Assembly (NCBI GenBank): GCA_024277115.1
Contig: JAJRVW010000044.1
Location: 5,208 to 69,207, forward strand
Length of the DNA stretch: 64,000 bases
Reading direction: 5' to 3'
Source: Calditrichota bacterium
GTDB taxonomy: Bacteria > Calditrichota > Calditrichia > Calditrichales > J004
Made by a program: the position numbers and the translations under genes
In this document: positions 38,928 through 48,611 of the stretch, one piece after another
How positions within the stretch are numbered: the first letter of the stretch is position 1
Layout of the letters: every line of letters starts with the position of its first letter
Notes under the pieces: generated by a model
Databases searched by the model: none
Seen by the model: only the letters and a program-made list of their open reading frames with translations
What the model was told of the DNA's origin: nothing

Positions 38928-38954
38928 GGTAGGCGCAATAAATCGCGCCTCTAC
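38928..38954 (-). repeat. REP-like element, inverted partner (GTAGAG head plus GCGCGATTTATTGCGC hairpin on the minus strand)
   Basis: The minus strand reads GTAGAGGCGCGATTTATTGCGCCTACC. It forms an inverted doublet with 38858-38881. Confidence 0.6.
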
Positions 38955-38956
38955 GT

Positions 38957-39550
38957 TTATTTATTTAATATTTTTTGTAAGGTTTGGATTTGTTCCAACT
39001 GGGGTTGCAGTTTTTCGAACGCCGTATCATCATCAATTTTATCCGACCAAAACTCGCAAATTATACCCGTTTGGCCAATAAAAAAATAGGCCAGGTTTTT
39101 AAACCCGTCTAAAATGTCTTTTAACTCTTTTTTCTTGATAATCTCTTGTACTTTCGCGCTATCTGCCGGCATGATATAAAAAACTTTCTCATTATTTGTT
39201 ACAAGTTCACAGGCATTTTCCGGGCTGTCATTACCCTGCTCCTGCTGCCAGTTTTTTTCTGTGATTGTCAGGGAAAAATCCGATGCGACATTTATGGAAA
39301 TATCGATATATGTTTTGCGCCCCCTACCGGATTTGGCCGTGCTAAAGTTTATCGTCAATTCGTTTCCAGCTATTTTTCCATGAAAAACAGGGCGGGCAGC
39401 GAAACCGTTGCGAATTACTTTTCCCTCAAAATTATCTTCTAAGTCCAGTAAGTTTTGATGCACTGCGTCCCACAATACTTTGCGTAAAAATATCAATCCG
39501 GCCCAAGCCAGAACAATCATCATTACAACCAATACAACAATCCAAAACAT
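38957..39550 (-). CDS. Hypothetical N-terminally membrane-anchored protein
   Basis: MFWIVVLVVMMIVLAWAGLIFL is a TM anchor. I recognise no other motif. The gene is tightly packed (13 nt) after the M50 protease gene. Confidence 0.45.
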   Translation of the reverse strand: MFWIVVLVVMMIVLAWAGLIFLRKVLWDAVHQNLLDLEDNFEGKVIRNGFAARPVFHGKIAGNELTINFSTAKSGRGRKTYIDISINVASDFSLTITEKNWQQEQGNDSPENACELVTNNEKVFYIMPADSAKVQEIIKKKELKDILDGFKNLAYFFIGQTGIICEFWSDKIDDDTAFEKLQPQLEQIQTLQKILNK

Positions 39551-39563
39551 AAAAGGAACTCTC

Positions 39564-40697
39564 CTATTGCAGGTAAATAGGCATGGGTGAAAAACAGAGA
39601 ATAAAAATTAAATAAGCGATATAACCAATTAATTTCCGTCCCGGCCCAATGGGAACCGAGTCATCCAATGTTGGCGGGTGCTTAAATTTAATAAACAGGA
39701 TAATCAGGAATGGCCACAAAATATACACAAAGGAATTAAATTGGGAGATAAGATAAATATTTAATCCCACAAGCGCGGCAAAACCCAAAATAGCAATCCG
39801 TGCCGCCTGCCCCCCAAACATAGCGTGGGTAATATGCCCGCCGTCCAGTTGTCCGATCGGCATCAGGTTTAGGGATGTTATCAGCAAGCCAAACCAACCG
39901 GCCACAATAAATGGGAAATGGTACATCTCCGACATGGGCAGATAAGTCCTTCCGGTTTGCTCTGCAATAAAATCGAATAAAATATTGCTGCCAAATGTAA
40001 GCACGCCCTCTGTGTTGGCGCTAAGGGGATGTATGGCCGAAATAGTTCTCCACATGGCGTCTTCACTGCCAATTTGCTGAAACCCAACCAACAGAAAAAT
40101 AACGCTGACCACAAACCCAGCCAAGGGGCCGGCCACACCAATATCAAACAAAGCTTTTTTATGTGGGATTTGCTCCTTTAGGCGGATAAAAGCGCCAAAA
40201 GTGCCAAAATTGAACATCAATGGAAAATAAAATGGGATAAAATATGGCAAGGTTACCTTTAATCCGTAGTGACGTGCATACAGATAATGGCCCATCTCGT
40301 GACAAAATAAAATAGAAAGCAAAGCAAAAGAATAATTAAAACCATAACTAAAACTTGCCCAGCTACTAAAAGGATCGGCAACACTGAGCTGTGCCCCGGT
40401 AATGGCGGTTGTCAAAATGGTAATTAAAAACAGCAGAACAGGTACAACAACTTGGTTTTTACCCGGTTGATGATCTGATGCAACTATCCGGAGGTAATAT
40501 TTTTTCTTGGAATACTCGGCCTGGGAATATAGGCCGTGATCTAATAATTCTGCCTGAATTGTCCTGATCTCTTCATCAGAAAGCAGGGATTTTTTCTGTT
40601 TATAAACCAGCAAACCATAGAAACGCGCCCAATGATCGTGTTTTAAACGCCCGCGTATTATCGATCCTGCTAATTCTGCACGTCTTTTTGAATACAA
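39564..40697 (-). CDS. M50-family site-2 protease
   Basis: HEMGHYLYARHYG (HExxH) sits in a TM helix and the protein is polytopic. NLMPIGQLDGGH matches the second M50 motif. Confidence 0.8.
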   Translation of the reverse strand: MYSKRRAELAGSIIRGRLKHDHWARFYGLLVYKQKKSLLSDEEIRTIQAELLDHGLYSQAEYSKKKYYLRIVASDHQPGKNQVVVPVLLFLITILTTAITGAQLSVADPFSSWASFSYGFNYSFALLSILFCHEMGHYLYARHYGLKVTLPYFIPFYFPLMFNFGTFGAFIRLKEQIPHKKALFDIGVAGPLAGFVVSVIFLLVGFQQIGSEDAMWRTISAIHPLSANTEGVLTFGSNILFDFIAEQTGRTYLPMSEMYHFPFIVAGWFGLLITSLNLMPIGQLDGGHITHAMFGGQAARIAILGFAALVGLNIYLISQFNSFVYILWPFLIILFIKFKHPPTLDDSVPIGPGRKLIGYIAYLIFILCFSPMPIYLQ

Positions 40698-40765
40698 TTA
40701 AAACCTTTATTAAAATATCTAAATATACTAACCCGCTACACGAATTAGAAAGAATAGCAACAAAA

Positions 40766-41497
40766 TTATTCTTGTGTATCCTGTTGTTCCTGCTCTAAAA
40801 TTTTTCCTGTCATCGGTACAAAGCGTACGGGAAGCACACTATCCATTGTATGGCCACCTTCATTTTTACTGATCACAACCAACTCCTGCACATATTTCCC
40901 GACAGGTAAAATCATACGCCCGCCCACTTTTAATTGTTCAAGTAAATCCGGTGGGATTGTAGGCAGCGCTGCCGTTACAATTATGGCGTCAAAAGGGGCT
41001 TTTTCCGGCCAGCCAATATAGCCATCGCCTTGTTTAATGATAATGTTTTTATAGCCAAGGTTTCCTACTCGTATTTTCGCTTCCTCGGCCAATTCCTTGA
41101 TTATTTCGATGGAGTAAACCGTATCGACAATCTGCGCCAGTATTGAGGCCTGATAACCGGAACCGGTCCCAATTTCCAAAACACGGTCGCCGGGTTTTAC
41201 ATGCAGCTCTTCGGTCATAAAAGCTACAATGTAGGGCTGGCTGATGGTCTGGCCTTTGCCAATGGAGCGGGCTTCGTCTTTGTAGGCAAAGTTGCGCTCA
41301 TCCTTGGGGACAAACGCGTGCCGGGGCACTGTTTTTAAAGCACTGATTACAAACGAATCTTTTACGCCACGGGCCAGGATTTGCCGTTTTACCATTTCGG
41401 TGCGCAACGATTTAAATTGGTCTTCGCTCATGGTTTCGCCCTTCTCTTTTGAACATGAAAACAAAAAAAACATTAGGGCTATCAAAAATAAACGCAT
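40766..41497 (-). CDS. pcm: Protein-L-isoaspartate O-methyltransferase with a lipoprotein-type signal peptide
   Basis: TISQPYIVAFMTE and VLEIGTGSGYQA (SAM motif I). The N-terminus MRLFLIALMFFLFSCSKE has a lipobox-like FSC. Confidence 0.85.
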   Translation of the reverse strand: MRLFLIALMFFLFSCSKEKGETMSEDQFKSLRTEMVKRQILARGVKDSFVISALKTVPRHAFVPKDERNFAYKDEARSIGKGQTISQPYIVAFMTEELHVKPGDRVLEIGTGSGYQASILAQIVDTVYSIEIIKELAEEAKIRVGNLGYKNIIIKQGDGYIGWPEKAPFDAIIVTAALPTIPPDLLEQLKVGGRMILPVGKYVQELVVISKNEGGHTMDSVLPVRFVPMTGKILEQEQQDTQE

Positions 41498-41737
41498 ACA
41501 ATCCCTGAAAAATATAATCAGAATGCAGCTAATAATTGGTGTTTGTCTCTAAACTCGTCAAAGCCTGTCATCCTGAGTTGTTCTATTACGAAGGACCTCT
41601 ATATATAATTACCGGCTCTGTAATATCACGATTTGAGATACTTCTCCCACCAAAACTGCGGCGGGATCACAGTATGACAAAACATAAATTGTCTACTTTA
41701 ATAGACAGACACTAATTAAGCATAAAAAATAAATTGT

Positions 41738-43492
41738 CTAATTTAACCTCGGAAAATAAATTTTAAATGTTGTCCCTTTGTTTACCTCCGATTCAACCTC
41801 AATCCGCCCTTTCTGCTCCTCGATTAATTTTTTTACAATGGCCAAACCAAGTCCTGTTCCGCCCTTCTTACCGCTGGTCACAAAGGAGTCGAATAATGTT
41901 TGTTTAATTTCATCGGGGATACCCGCACCCGTATCGGATAGCAGGAAAACAACATCATCGCCTTCTTTATTTGCGATGATCGAAAATTTGCCGCCCGGCT
42001 CCATCGCCTCCAGGGCATTTTTCATAATATTCATAAAAATACGCTGGGTTTTTTCGGGATCAACATAAATCATGCTTGCCGTGTTGCAGGCCGTTTCAAA
42101 CTCGAAACCTTTCTTTTTAACATCGCCTTCAAAAAACTTCTGGAATTCGTCAAGAATTTTATTTACGGCACATTTAACCGGCAAGATACTGGATTTACCT
42201 TTTGCAAAATCGAGCACATCGGTAGTCATGTTGGTTAAAAATTTGATCTGCTTTATGATTATATCCGAATACTCTTTACGGGTTTCGGCTTCTTCTTCTT
42301 CCTGAAGCAGGTCTACAAATCCATAAATATTGTTCATCGGTGTACGCAAATCATGCACAATTGTACTCATCATATTACCGATGGAAGACAAACGGTCGGC
42401 TTTGATTTTTTCTTCTTTTAGCTGAAAGGTTTCGATCGCACGGGAAATTTGGCCACTTAACGACGTAAGCAAGCGCATATCGGCCTGGCTGAAATAATCA
42501 TTTTCCTCGGATTTATTGAACACCTCAAGAATCCCGATCACTTCATCGTTTATTTTTAACGGGACACAGGCAAGCTGTTTTATATCGATACCAATTTTTT
42601 TTGCAAAACCCTCACTAAACAAAGGATCACTGCTGGCATCGTTTGTGTAATAAACCTCACCACTTTGCACAACTTCCCCTACAATACCGGAGTTACCAGA
42701 AAAAAACATCTGGCTCGCTTTTTCAAGATCGATATTTTTTACTACACGTTTGGAATACTCTTTTGTCTGGAGATCACGCAAAGTTATAATCGCCGCTTCA
42801 ACTGCAATGGTTTCTGTAATTTTATCGATTAAAATATTAAGCAGGTCGTCTAGATCATAGGCTTTTGTAAGTTCGCGTTCGATATCAAAAAGTAAATCAA
42901 GTTCGTTTACTTTTTTCTCCAGACGGGAATAGAGGTTGGAATTATTAATGGCGATAGCAATTTGGGAAGCCATACTGGCCAAGAGTTCTTCATCCGATTC
43001 TTCGAAAACGCCATTACGCTTATTTAAGATTTGCAGCACGCCAATAATATTTTTTTCCTTTTTCGCACCATCGGAAGCTTCAAAAATAGGCATACATAAT
43101 ATTGAGCGTGTTTTAAACCCTGTTTTTTTGTCAATGGCCGGATTAAAGCGGTCGTCTTTATAAGCATCGGGAATATTGATCACATCTCCCGTTTTTGCAA
43201 CATGGCCGGCAATGCCCACGCCAATTTTTAAACGTATTTCCAAAATCTCCGCATCCTGCGCGACTTTGGACCACAACTCACCTTTTTCTTTATCAACGAT
43301 ATAAAAAGTGCCTCGTTCGGAATCCATTAGTTTATTTACTTCACGGATCACAAGCATCAATAGCCGCTCAATTCTTAATTCGGAGCTGAGGGCCTGGCCG
43401 ATTTGCTGGATCGATTCCATCTCGATGGTTTTGCGGTGGAGTTGTTTTTCCAGTTCAGTTGTAGAAAGTTTCTGTTCATCCATGTTATTCAT
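41738..43492 (-). CDS. Sensor histidine kinase with two GAF domains
   Basis: Two GAF-like blocks, the HisKA H-box STIVHDLRTPMNNI, and HATPase N and G boxes (NALEAM; DTGAGIP; GTGLGLAIVK). Confidence 0.85.
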   Translation of the reverse strand: MNNMDEQKLSTTELEKQLHRKTIEMESIQQIGQALSSELRIERLLMLVIREVNKLMDSERGTFYIVDKEKGELWSKVAQDAEILEIRLKIGVGIAGHVAKTGDVINIPDAYKDDRFNPAIDKKTGFKTRSILCMPIFEASDGAKKEKNIIGVLQILNKRNGVFEESDEELLASMASQIAIAINNSNLYSRLEKKVNELDLLFDIERELTKAYDLDDLLNILIDKITETIAVEAAIITLRDLQTKEYSKRVVKNIDLEKASQMFFSGNSGIVGEVVQSGEVYYTNDASSDPLFSEGFAKKIGIDIKQLACVPLKINDEVIGILEVFNKSEENDYFSQADMRLLTSLSGQISRAIETFQLKEEKIKADRLSSIGNMMSTIVHDLRTPMNNIYGFVDLLQEEEEAETRKEYSDIIIKQIKFLTNMTTDVLDFAKGKSSILPVKCAVNKILDEFQKFFEGDVKKKGFEFETACNTASMIYVDPEKTQRIFMNIMKNALEAMEPGGKFSIIANKEGDDVVFLLSDTGAGIPDEIKQTLFDSFVTSGKKGGTGLGLAIVKKLIEEQKGRIEVESEVNKGTTFKIYFPRLN

Positions 43493-43540
43493 CCTGAAAT
43501 TTTTGTCAGATCATTGATAAAATAAAAAGATAGATGCTCT

Positions 43541-43580
43541 AAAACAAAAAAAGGGATCAGGTAAAAATACCTAATCCCTT
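43541..43580 (-). terminator. Rho-independent terminator after the STAS gene
   Basis: The minus strand reads AAGGGATTAGGTA-TTTT-TACCTGATCCCTT, followed by TTTTTTTGTTTT. Confidence 0.65.
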
Positions 43581-43602
43581 AAACTTAAAACTTGTTTTAA
43601 AG

Positions 43603-43941
43603 TTAGTCTAAATTAGAAATAGCCCGTTCTACTGTTTCAAATGTTAAAAATACTTTTATCAACTGTGTGATCATCAGCAAGCTCTGAACCTTTTCTGTAA
43701 CCCTGGCCAAGGCCAATTTACCATCAGCATTTTTAAGGGTTGTCATACTTGCCATTAAAACACCCATTCCTGTACTGTTCATCCACTTTACATCGCCTAG
43801 GTCAATAACCACTTTATTTATGCCATCAGAGATCAAACCTTTAATATGATCGTGAAGAGCTTGTGTTTCAGGTCCACCCATCATTTTGCCGGACAATGTT
43901 AATATCGCAATATGATTCTCGATTTTTTCTTTGATTTTCAT
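43603..43941 (-). CDS. STAS-domain anti-sigma-factor antagonist
   Basis: Start MKIKEKIENHIAILTLSGKMMGG is preceded by GGGGAGAT. VVIDLGDVKWMNSTGMGVL is typical of SpoIIAA-like proteins. Confidence 0.75.
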   Translation of the reverse strand: MKIKEKIENHIAILTLSGKMMGGPETQALHDHIKGLISDGINKVVIDLGDVKWMNSTGMGVLMASMTTLKNADGKLALARVTEKVQSLLMITQLIKVFLTFETVERAISNLD

Positions 43942-44040
43942 TATATCTCCCCAGATATGGACTGTTAGTTTGAAGGCTAAAAAATAGAGTATTATAAGAA
44001 GTCTGTCAATTTTTTTAGGCCTAAGCGTCAAAAGGACAAT

Positions 44041-44346
44041 TTATGCACCTTTTGTTTCGTCTTCTTTTTCTGGATAGAATGCACGGATTTTGCTGCTAAA
44101 AAATTCTTCCTGCGCAATCACAGTTGGGTTTATCTCTTTTTCAAATTTCATATCTTCCATTAATTCACGATCATATACATCGGCCTCATCGTACATGTCC
44201 ATGTCATTAAGGATTTCATTTTCTTTCTTTTCTTCTAATCGGACTGAATTAATTTGCCTGGCCCGTGCAGAAATTAATAAGCAAGCTTCATAGATATTTA
44301 TGTTTTTTTTGTGCATCTTTCTTAAATCAAGCGTCTGAATTGCCAT
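44041..44346 (-). CDS. rpoZ: DNA-directed RNA polymerase subunit omega
   Basis: NIYEACLLISARARQIN matches the RpoZ core. Confidence 0.7.
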   Translation of the reverse strand: MAIQTLDLRKMHKKNINIYEACLLISARARQINSVRLEEKKENEILNDMDMYDEADVYDRELMEDMKFEKEINPTVIAQEEFFSSKIRAFYPEKEDETKGA

Positions 44347-44541
44347 TCATTTCTCCGATTTATTGTTTACAATAGCTGGTAAATTTAAAGAATAGAATGT
44401 CATTTGTCAAAACAATTCCAATAAATTTTAAACTTTTTACTTTAATCGATCCTTTTTTTTTGTTAAAGTTAGTTTTATCTATTTTACCCTACACAAAATT
44501 TTTAACATTAAATTCTTTACATAGAAAAAGCACGGGTACTA

Positions 44542-45447
44542 ATGTTTAAACCTTTATTAAAAAAAATCTTCTGGCCGCCCCATATTTGGAAGGCCTTCAC
44601 AGCAAAAAAGAATCAGAAAAACTTAAAGAGGTCTGCTGAGGACCCGCAACTAAAACTATACGACCAAATCCTAAAAACCGGTTTTTTACATTATGGTTAT
44701 TTTGATGACCCAACTAAACCGGCAGATGCGATTAGCTTTAATGACATCCGCCAGGCTCAAATCCGCTACGCGGAATTAATTATTGAACAAATATGCAACG
44801 AAAAGGGTACGGTGCTTGATGTTGGGTGCGGTATGGGTGGATTAATCGGTTTATTATTGGAAAGGAATTTGCAACCAACCGGGATTACACCCGATCGGGT
44901 TCAGATAAATTATATTTCCAAAAAATACCCACAAGCCAAACTGATCCATGCTAAATTTCAAAAAATGCCTGTTGATGATTATAAGCATTTTTTTGATACT
45001 GTAATCCATTCGGAATCGCTGCAATACATGGGATTAGACAAAGCCATTAATAATGTCTTGGCCATTTTAAAACCGGGTGGACGCTGGGTTGTGATCGATT
45101 ATTTCCGTGTGGATGAAGCACATGAAAAGTCCGGCCACAAATGGCAGGAGTTTACTAAAAAGCTGGAAGAAAACAATCTTGAAATAATATACAAGCACGA
45201 CATCACAGCCAACATTAAACCGACCCTTGATTTTATTTATATGTGGGGCAATGAAATAGGAAAGCCGATTTTTGAGTTCCTTACTGCAAAACTGGAGAAG
45301 AAACACCCGGGGAAACATTATTTGGTTCAGGAAATTATTGAGAAGCTTTTACGCAAAATTGATAAAAACCTTGATATTGTAAACCCCGAAGTTTTTATAA
45401 AAGACAAAAACTATGTTTTGGTAAGTATCGAACAGCGGGCCGATTAA
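44542..45447 (+). CDS. Class I SAM-dependent methyltransferase
   Basis: Motif I VLDVGCGMGG, plus post-I and motif II spacing consistent with the Methyltransf_11/25 type. Confidence 0.75.
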   Translation: MFKPLLKKIFWPPHIWKAFTAKKNQKNLKRSAEDPQLKLYDQILKTGFLHYGYFDDPTKPADAISFNDIRQAQIRYAELIIEQICNEKGTVLDVGCGMGGLIGLLLERNLQPTGITPDRVQINYISKKYPQAKLIHAKFQKMPVDDYKHFFDTVIHSESLQYMGLDKAINNVLAILKPGGRWVVIDYFRVDEAHEKSGHKWQEFTKKLEENNLEIIYKHDITANIKPTLDFIYMWGNEIGKPIFEFLTAKLEKKHPGKHYLVQEIIEKLLRKIDKNLDIVNPEVFIKDKNYVLVSIEQRAD

Positions 45448-45545
45448 TACTTACGACTAAAAATTATTGTGTTCGCCATTCGGTCTTTTGGCCGATTGAC
45501 TTCCAGATTTTTTCTCATCTTAATTCTATTTTTGAAAGGAAAGAA

Positions 45546-48500
45546 ATGTTACAAAAAACCCTAATGTTTTTTATCTCATTTTCGCTATTGTTTGGGCAAA
45601 CAACCCCGCAACTTGGTTTATCCTCACACAAACCCGAGCTTACCGTATATATCAACGGAAAAATCATTGTTAGTCCTGCCTCTTCTAAAACGGCAAACAC
45701 CATGATTGTACAGGGCAATAAAATTATGGCCGTTGGGGAAAACTTAAAACCACCCAAAGGGGCGGAAATTATTGATGTAAAGGGCAGCTCTATTTATCCT
45801 GCTTTTATTGAGCCTTATGCCCGGTACGGCCTTCCCGAACCTAAAAAGACCAAACGCGAACGCAAACCAAAACCAAGCATCGACCGGATTGGTTCAATCC
45901 ACTGGAATGCTGCGGTTAAACCACAAAAAAATGCTGTGGATGATTTTAAGCCCGATGCAAAAAAAGCCAAAGAATGGCGTGACGCGGGTTTCGCATTTAT
46001 TCAAACAAGTAACCTGGATGGTATTTTTCAGGGAACTTCCGCGGTCGTTTCTTTGGGTGACGGCCTGCCCAATAAGCTGATCATTAAAAATGACGGGGCA
46101 CAATTTATGTCTTTTTCAAAAGGCTCTTCCGGGCAAGATTACCCAACCTCGCTCATGGGCTCAATTGCCCTGATCCGTCAAACTTTTTATGATACACGCT
46201 GGTACAAAAAAGCATGGGCTGCATTTAAAAACGATCCTTCTCAAAAAAGACCGGAACAAAATATTTCTTTGCTTACTTTGCAAAACATCATCGATAAAAA
46301 GCAACCTGTCATTTTTGGCGTGAACAATTATCTCGATATTTTTCGCGCGGCCAAAGTTGCCAAAGAATTTGATCTGGACTTTATTTACAAAAGCGGCAGC
46401 GATATCTACAAGCGGCTGGGCGACCTTAAAAAGTTAAACCCGACATTAATTATTCCTCTTAATTTTCCACAAGCGCCTTATGTAGCCTTTGCCGATTTTG
46501 ATGCGGACGTAAGCCTGGCGCAATTAAAAGAGTGGGACATAGCGCCGGAAAATGGAGCCCGCCTGGCCAAGGCCGGGATAACCTTTGCCTTTACAAGCAA
46601 TGGATTAAAAAAGAAAACCGCCTTCTTAAAAAATATACGGCAAGCAATTAACAGAGGCCTGGACAAGAAAACCGCCCTGGCCGCCTTAACTACAATCCCT
46701 GCAAAAATAGCCGGTATTTCCAACCTGGCCGGAACATTGGAAAAAGGCAAGCTGGCCAGTTTTATTATTTCCAATAAAAATATTTTTGAGACAGGCGCAC
46801 ACATCCAGACGATGGTAATTGAAGGCAAGCGCTTCGAAATAAACCAACCGCCGGATCAAGACATACGCGGTGACTGGTTGGCTAAAAGTACATTTATGGA
46901 GCACAACTTAAAGCTTTCGATCTCCGGTAAAACAAGCTCACCTAAAGCCGAAGCAAAAATTGATAGCTTTAAGTTAGACCTTAAGAATTTTTCGATCCGC
47001 GGCAATAAAATTTCCTTTAACATAAAAAACGATACTTTGGGCTTTGATAAATTAGTCCGTTTTACCGGCCGCTTTGAAGGTGACGATCTATACGGGCAGG
47101 TTGTTTTGGCCGATGGCAAAAATTTACCGTGGAGTGCAAAAAGAGAAAATCCATTCAAGGAAAAAAAGGACAAAAAGAAAAACGATAAAAAAGCTGTCCT
47201 TAGTTCTTTTCCGGTAACGTTACCGGACAAAGCCTATGGACGAACAGCACCGCCGGCCCGGCCCAAAACTGTGGCCATTACCAATGCCACAATCTGGACA
47301 GCCGATAAAAAAGGCACCCTGCAAAAAACTGATATTATTTTTAAAAACGGTAAGGTTTCACAAATTGGAAACGGTCTTTCGATTCCCAAAAATGCTTTAA
47401 AGATTGACGGCACAGGCCTGCATATTACGCCGGGAATCATCGATGAGCATTCACACATTGCCATTAGCCGTGGGGTAAATGAAGGCTCGCAGGCGGTTAC
47501 TGCCGAAGTGCGCATTGGCGATGTACTCAACCCGGACAACATCCACATTTATCGCCAGTTGGCCGGTGGTGTGACAACCTCGCAACTTTTACACGGCTCG
47601 GCCAACCCGATCGGCGGCCAGGCGCAGGTGATTAAGCTAAAATGGGGCACCAACGCGGACGGCCTTAAATATCGTAATGCGCCACCAACTATAAAATTTG
47701 CCCTTGGCGAAAATGTAAAACAATCCAATTGGGGCGATAATTACAACAAACGTTACCCGCAAACCCGCATGGGCGTACGTGAGATTATATGGGATACTTT
47801 TCAACGGGCAAGGGATTACGAAAAAGAGATGAGGGCCTATGAAGCGCTTTCTTCATCAAAAAAGAAAAATAAAATTCCGCCGCGCCGCGATCTGGAACTG
47901 GATGCCGTTTTAGAAATCTTAAACAGCAAACGATTTGTCCATTGCCACTCCTATGTGCAAAGCGAAATCTTGATGCTTATGCGGCTGGCAGAGGAGTTCG
48001 ATTTCCGTATCGCCACGTTTACACATATTTTGGAAGGTTACAAAGTAGCCAAAGAAATGGCCGTACATGGCGCCATGGCCTCCACTTTTGGCGATTGGTG
48101 GAATTATAAATTTGAGGTGTACGAAGCCATCCCCTACAATACAACTTTAATGGCCAATGCCGGGGTTGTTTCTTCGGTTAACTCCGATGATGCCGAAATG
48201 GGCCGTCGTTTAAACCACGAAGCGGCCAAGGCGATAAAATACGGCGGGCTCTCCAAAGAAGAGGCCATCAAGCTGGTTACAATCAATCCCGCAAAACAGC
48301 TAAAAATAGACCGGTTTACCGGCAGCCTGGAAGTTGGCAAAGAGGCCGATTTTGTTATCTGGAGCGATGATCCCCTTTCTGTTTACGCCCGTGTTTTACA
48401 AACCTGGATTGAAGGGCGAAAATATTTTGATGTGCAGGAAGACAAAATCCTGCGCAATAAAATCAAAGAACAGCGTACGGCTTTAATCCAAAAAGTTTTG

Positions 48501-48611
48501 GCATCCGATGGAAAAAACGGCGTCCCGGACGGAAAAGGAGCAACAAAGAAATTTTATGACGAAGATTATAAATGTGATGACAGCGTAGATTACATGGAAG
48601 GGGCCGAATAA
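45546..48611 (+). CDS. Secreted amidohydrolase-family protein (large, two-domain)
   Basis: Signal peptide MLQKTLMFFISFSLLFGQ. Metal-binding-type motifs GIIDEHSHIA, LLHGSANPIGG and HCHSY. Confidence 0.7.
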   Translation: MLQKTLMFFISFSLLFGQTTPQLGLSSHKPELTVYINGKIIVSPASSKTANTMIVQGNKIMAVGENLKPPKGAEIIDVKGSSIYPAFIEPYARYGLPEPKKTKRERKPKPSIDRIGSIHWNAAVKPQKNAVDDFKPDAKKAKEWRDAGFAFIQTSNLDGIFQGTSAVVSLGDGLPNKLIIKNDGAQFMSFSKGSSGQDYPTSLMGSIALIRQTFYDTRWYKKAWAAFKNDPSQKRPEQNISLLTLQNIIDKKQPVIFGVNNYLDIFRAAKVAKEFDLDFIYKSGSDIYKRLGDLKKLNPTLIIPLNFPQAPYVAFADFDADVSLAQLKEWDIAPENGARLAKAGITFAFTSNGLKKKTAFLKNIRQAINRGLDKKTALAALTTIPAKIAGISNLAGTLEKGKLASFIISNKNIFETGAHIQTMVIEGKRFEINQPPDQDIRGDWLAKSTFMEHNLKLSISGKTSSPKAEAKIDSFKLDLKNFSIRGNKISFNIKNDTLGFDKLVRFTGRFEGDDLYGQVVLADGKNLPWSAKRENPFKEKKDKKKNDKKAVLSSFPVTLPDKAYGRTAPPARPKTVAITNATIWTADKKGTLQKTDIIFKNGKVSQIGNGLSIPKNALKIDGTGLHITPGIIDEHSHIAISRGVNEGSQAVTAEVRIGDVLNPDNIHIYRQLAGGVTTSQLLHGSANPIGGQAQVIKLKWGTNADGLKYRNAPPTIKFALGENVKQSNWGDNYNKRYPQTRMGVREIIWDTFQRARDYEKEMRAYEALSSSKKKNKIPPRRDLELDAVLEILNSKRFVHCHSYVQSEILMLMRLAEEFDFRIATFTHILEGYKVAKEMAVHGAMASTFGDWWNYKFEVYEAIPYNTTLMANAGVVSSVNSDDAEMGRRLNHEAAKAIKYGGLSKEEAIKLVTINPAKQLKIDRFTGSLEVGKEADFVIWSDDPLSVYARVLQTWIEGRKYFDVQEDKILRNKIKEQRTALIQKVLASDGKNGVPDGKGATKKFYDEDYKCDDSVDYMEGAE

